Source of the DNA: Cyanobacteria bacterium J06626_4
GTDB taxonomy: Bacteria; Cyanobacteriota; Cyanobacteriia; Phormidesmidales; Phormidesmidaceae
NCBI GenBank assembly: GCA_038523235.1
Contig: JBCBJQ010000022.1
Location: 1-64,000 of the forward strand
Direction of reading: 5' to 3'
Length of the DNA stretch: 64,000 nucleotides
The translations under genes were made by a program, and so were the position numbers. The notes below the pieces were generated by a model, which did no database searches, was not told where the DNA came from, and was given only the letters and a program-made list of their open reading frames with translations. Shown here piece by piece: positions 63,959 through 64,000 of the stretch; positions within the stretch are counted from its first letter, which is position 1, and each line of letters opens with the position of its first letter.

Positions 63959-64000
63959 TACCAATTCTCTGAAACTGGACTACAGATCTTCCTTTCGGCT
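63959..64000. mobile_element. Small TA-flanked MITE/dispersed repeat, copy 3 (partial)
   Basis: TACCAATTCTCTGAAACTGGACTACAGAT matches the reverse complement of the right end of copy 2 (1 mismatch). Confidence 0.7.

Overview
Chromosomal window from a cyanobacterium: HIP1 (GCGATCGC) is frequent, and phycobiliprotein, petL and glnB genes are present. The left ~2.7 kb is the end of an integrative element at the 3' end of tRNA-Val(GAC). It carries an intact-looking Arm-type tyrosine integrase, an excisionase-like gene disabled three ways (nonsense codon, frameshift, 225-bp MITE with a 9-bp target duplication) and a partial IS630-like transposase. The rest is mostly core genes (aroA, folP, folC, glyQ, tadA, glnB, rbsK, nupC, puuE, dacB, ygfZ, phoR/sphS-like) and signalling proteins. 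Highlights: a low-light/far-red antenna cluster apcD4-apcB3-isiX (LoLiP type), with a long Tyr-periodic IsiX tail; a glutamine riboswitch plus NtcA box in front of a small unannotated DUF4278 gene; an unexplained tandem ~125-bp unit at 39.1-39.4 kb that carries an RBS, a mini-ORF and a palindrome; a three-copy TA-flanked MITE family; a stand-alone RnfD/NqrB-like + DUF2330 gene pair; and His-less pseudo-kinases. All calls come from motif recognition without database searches.
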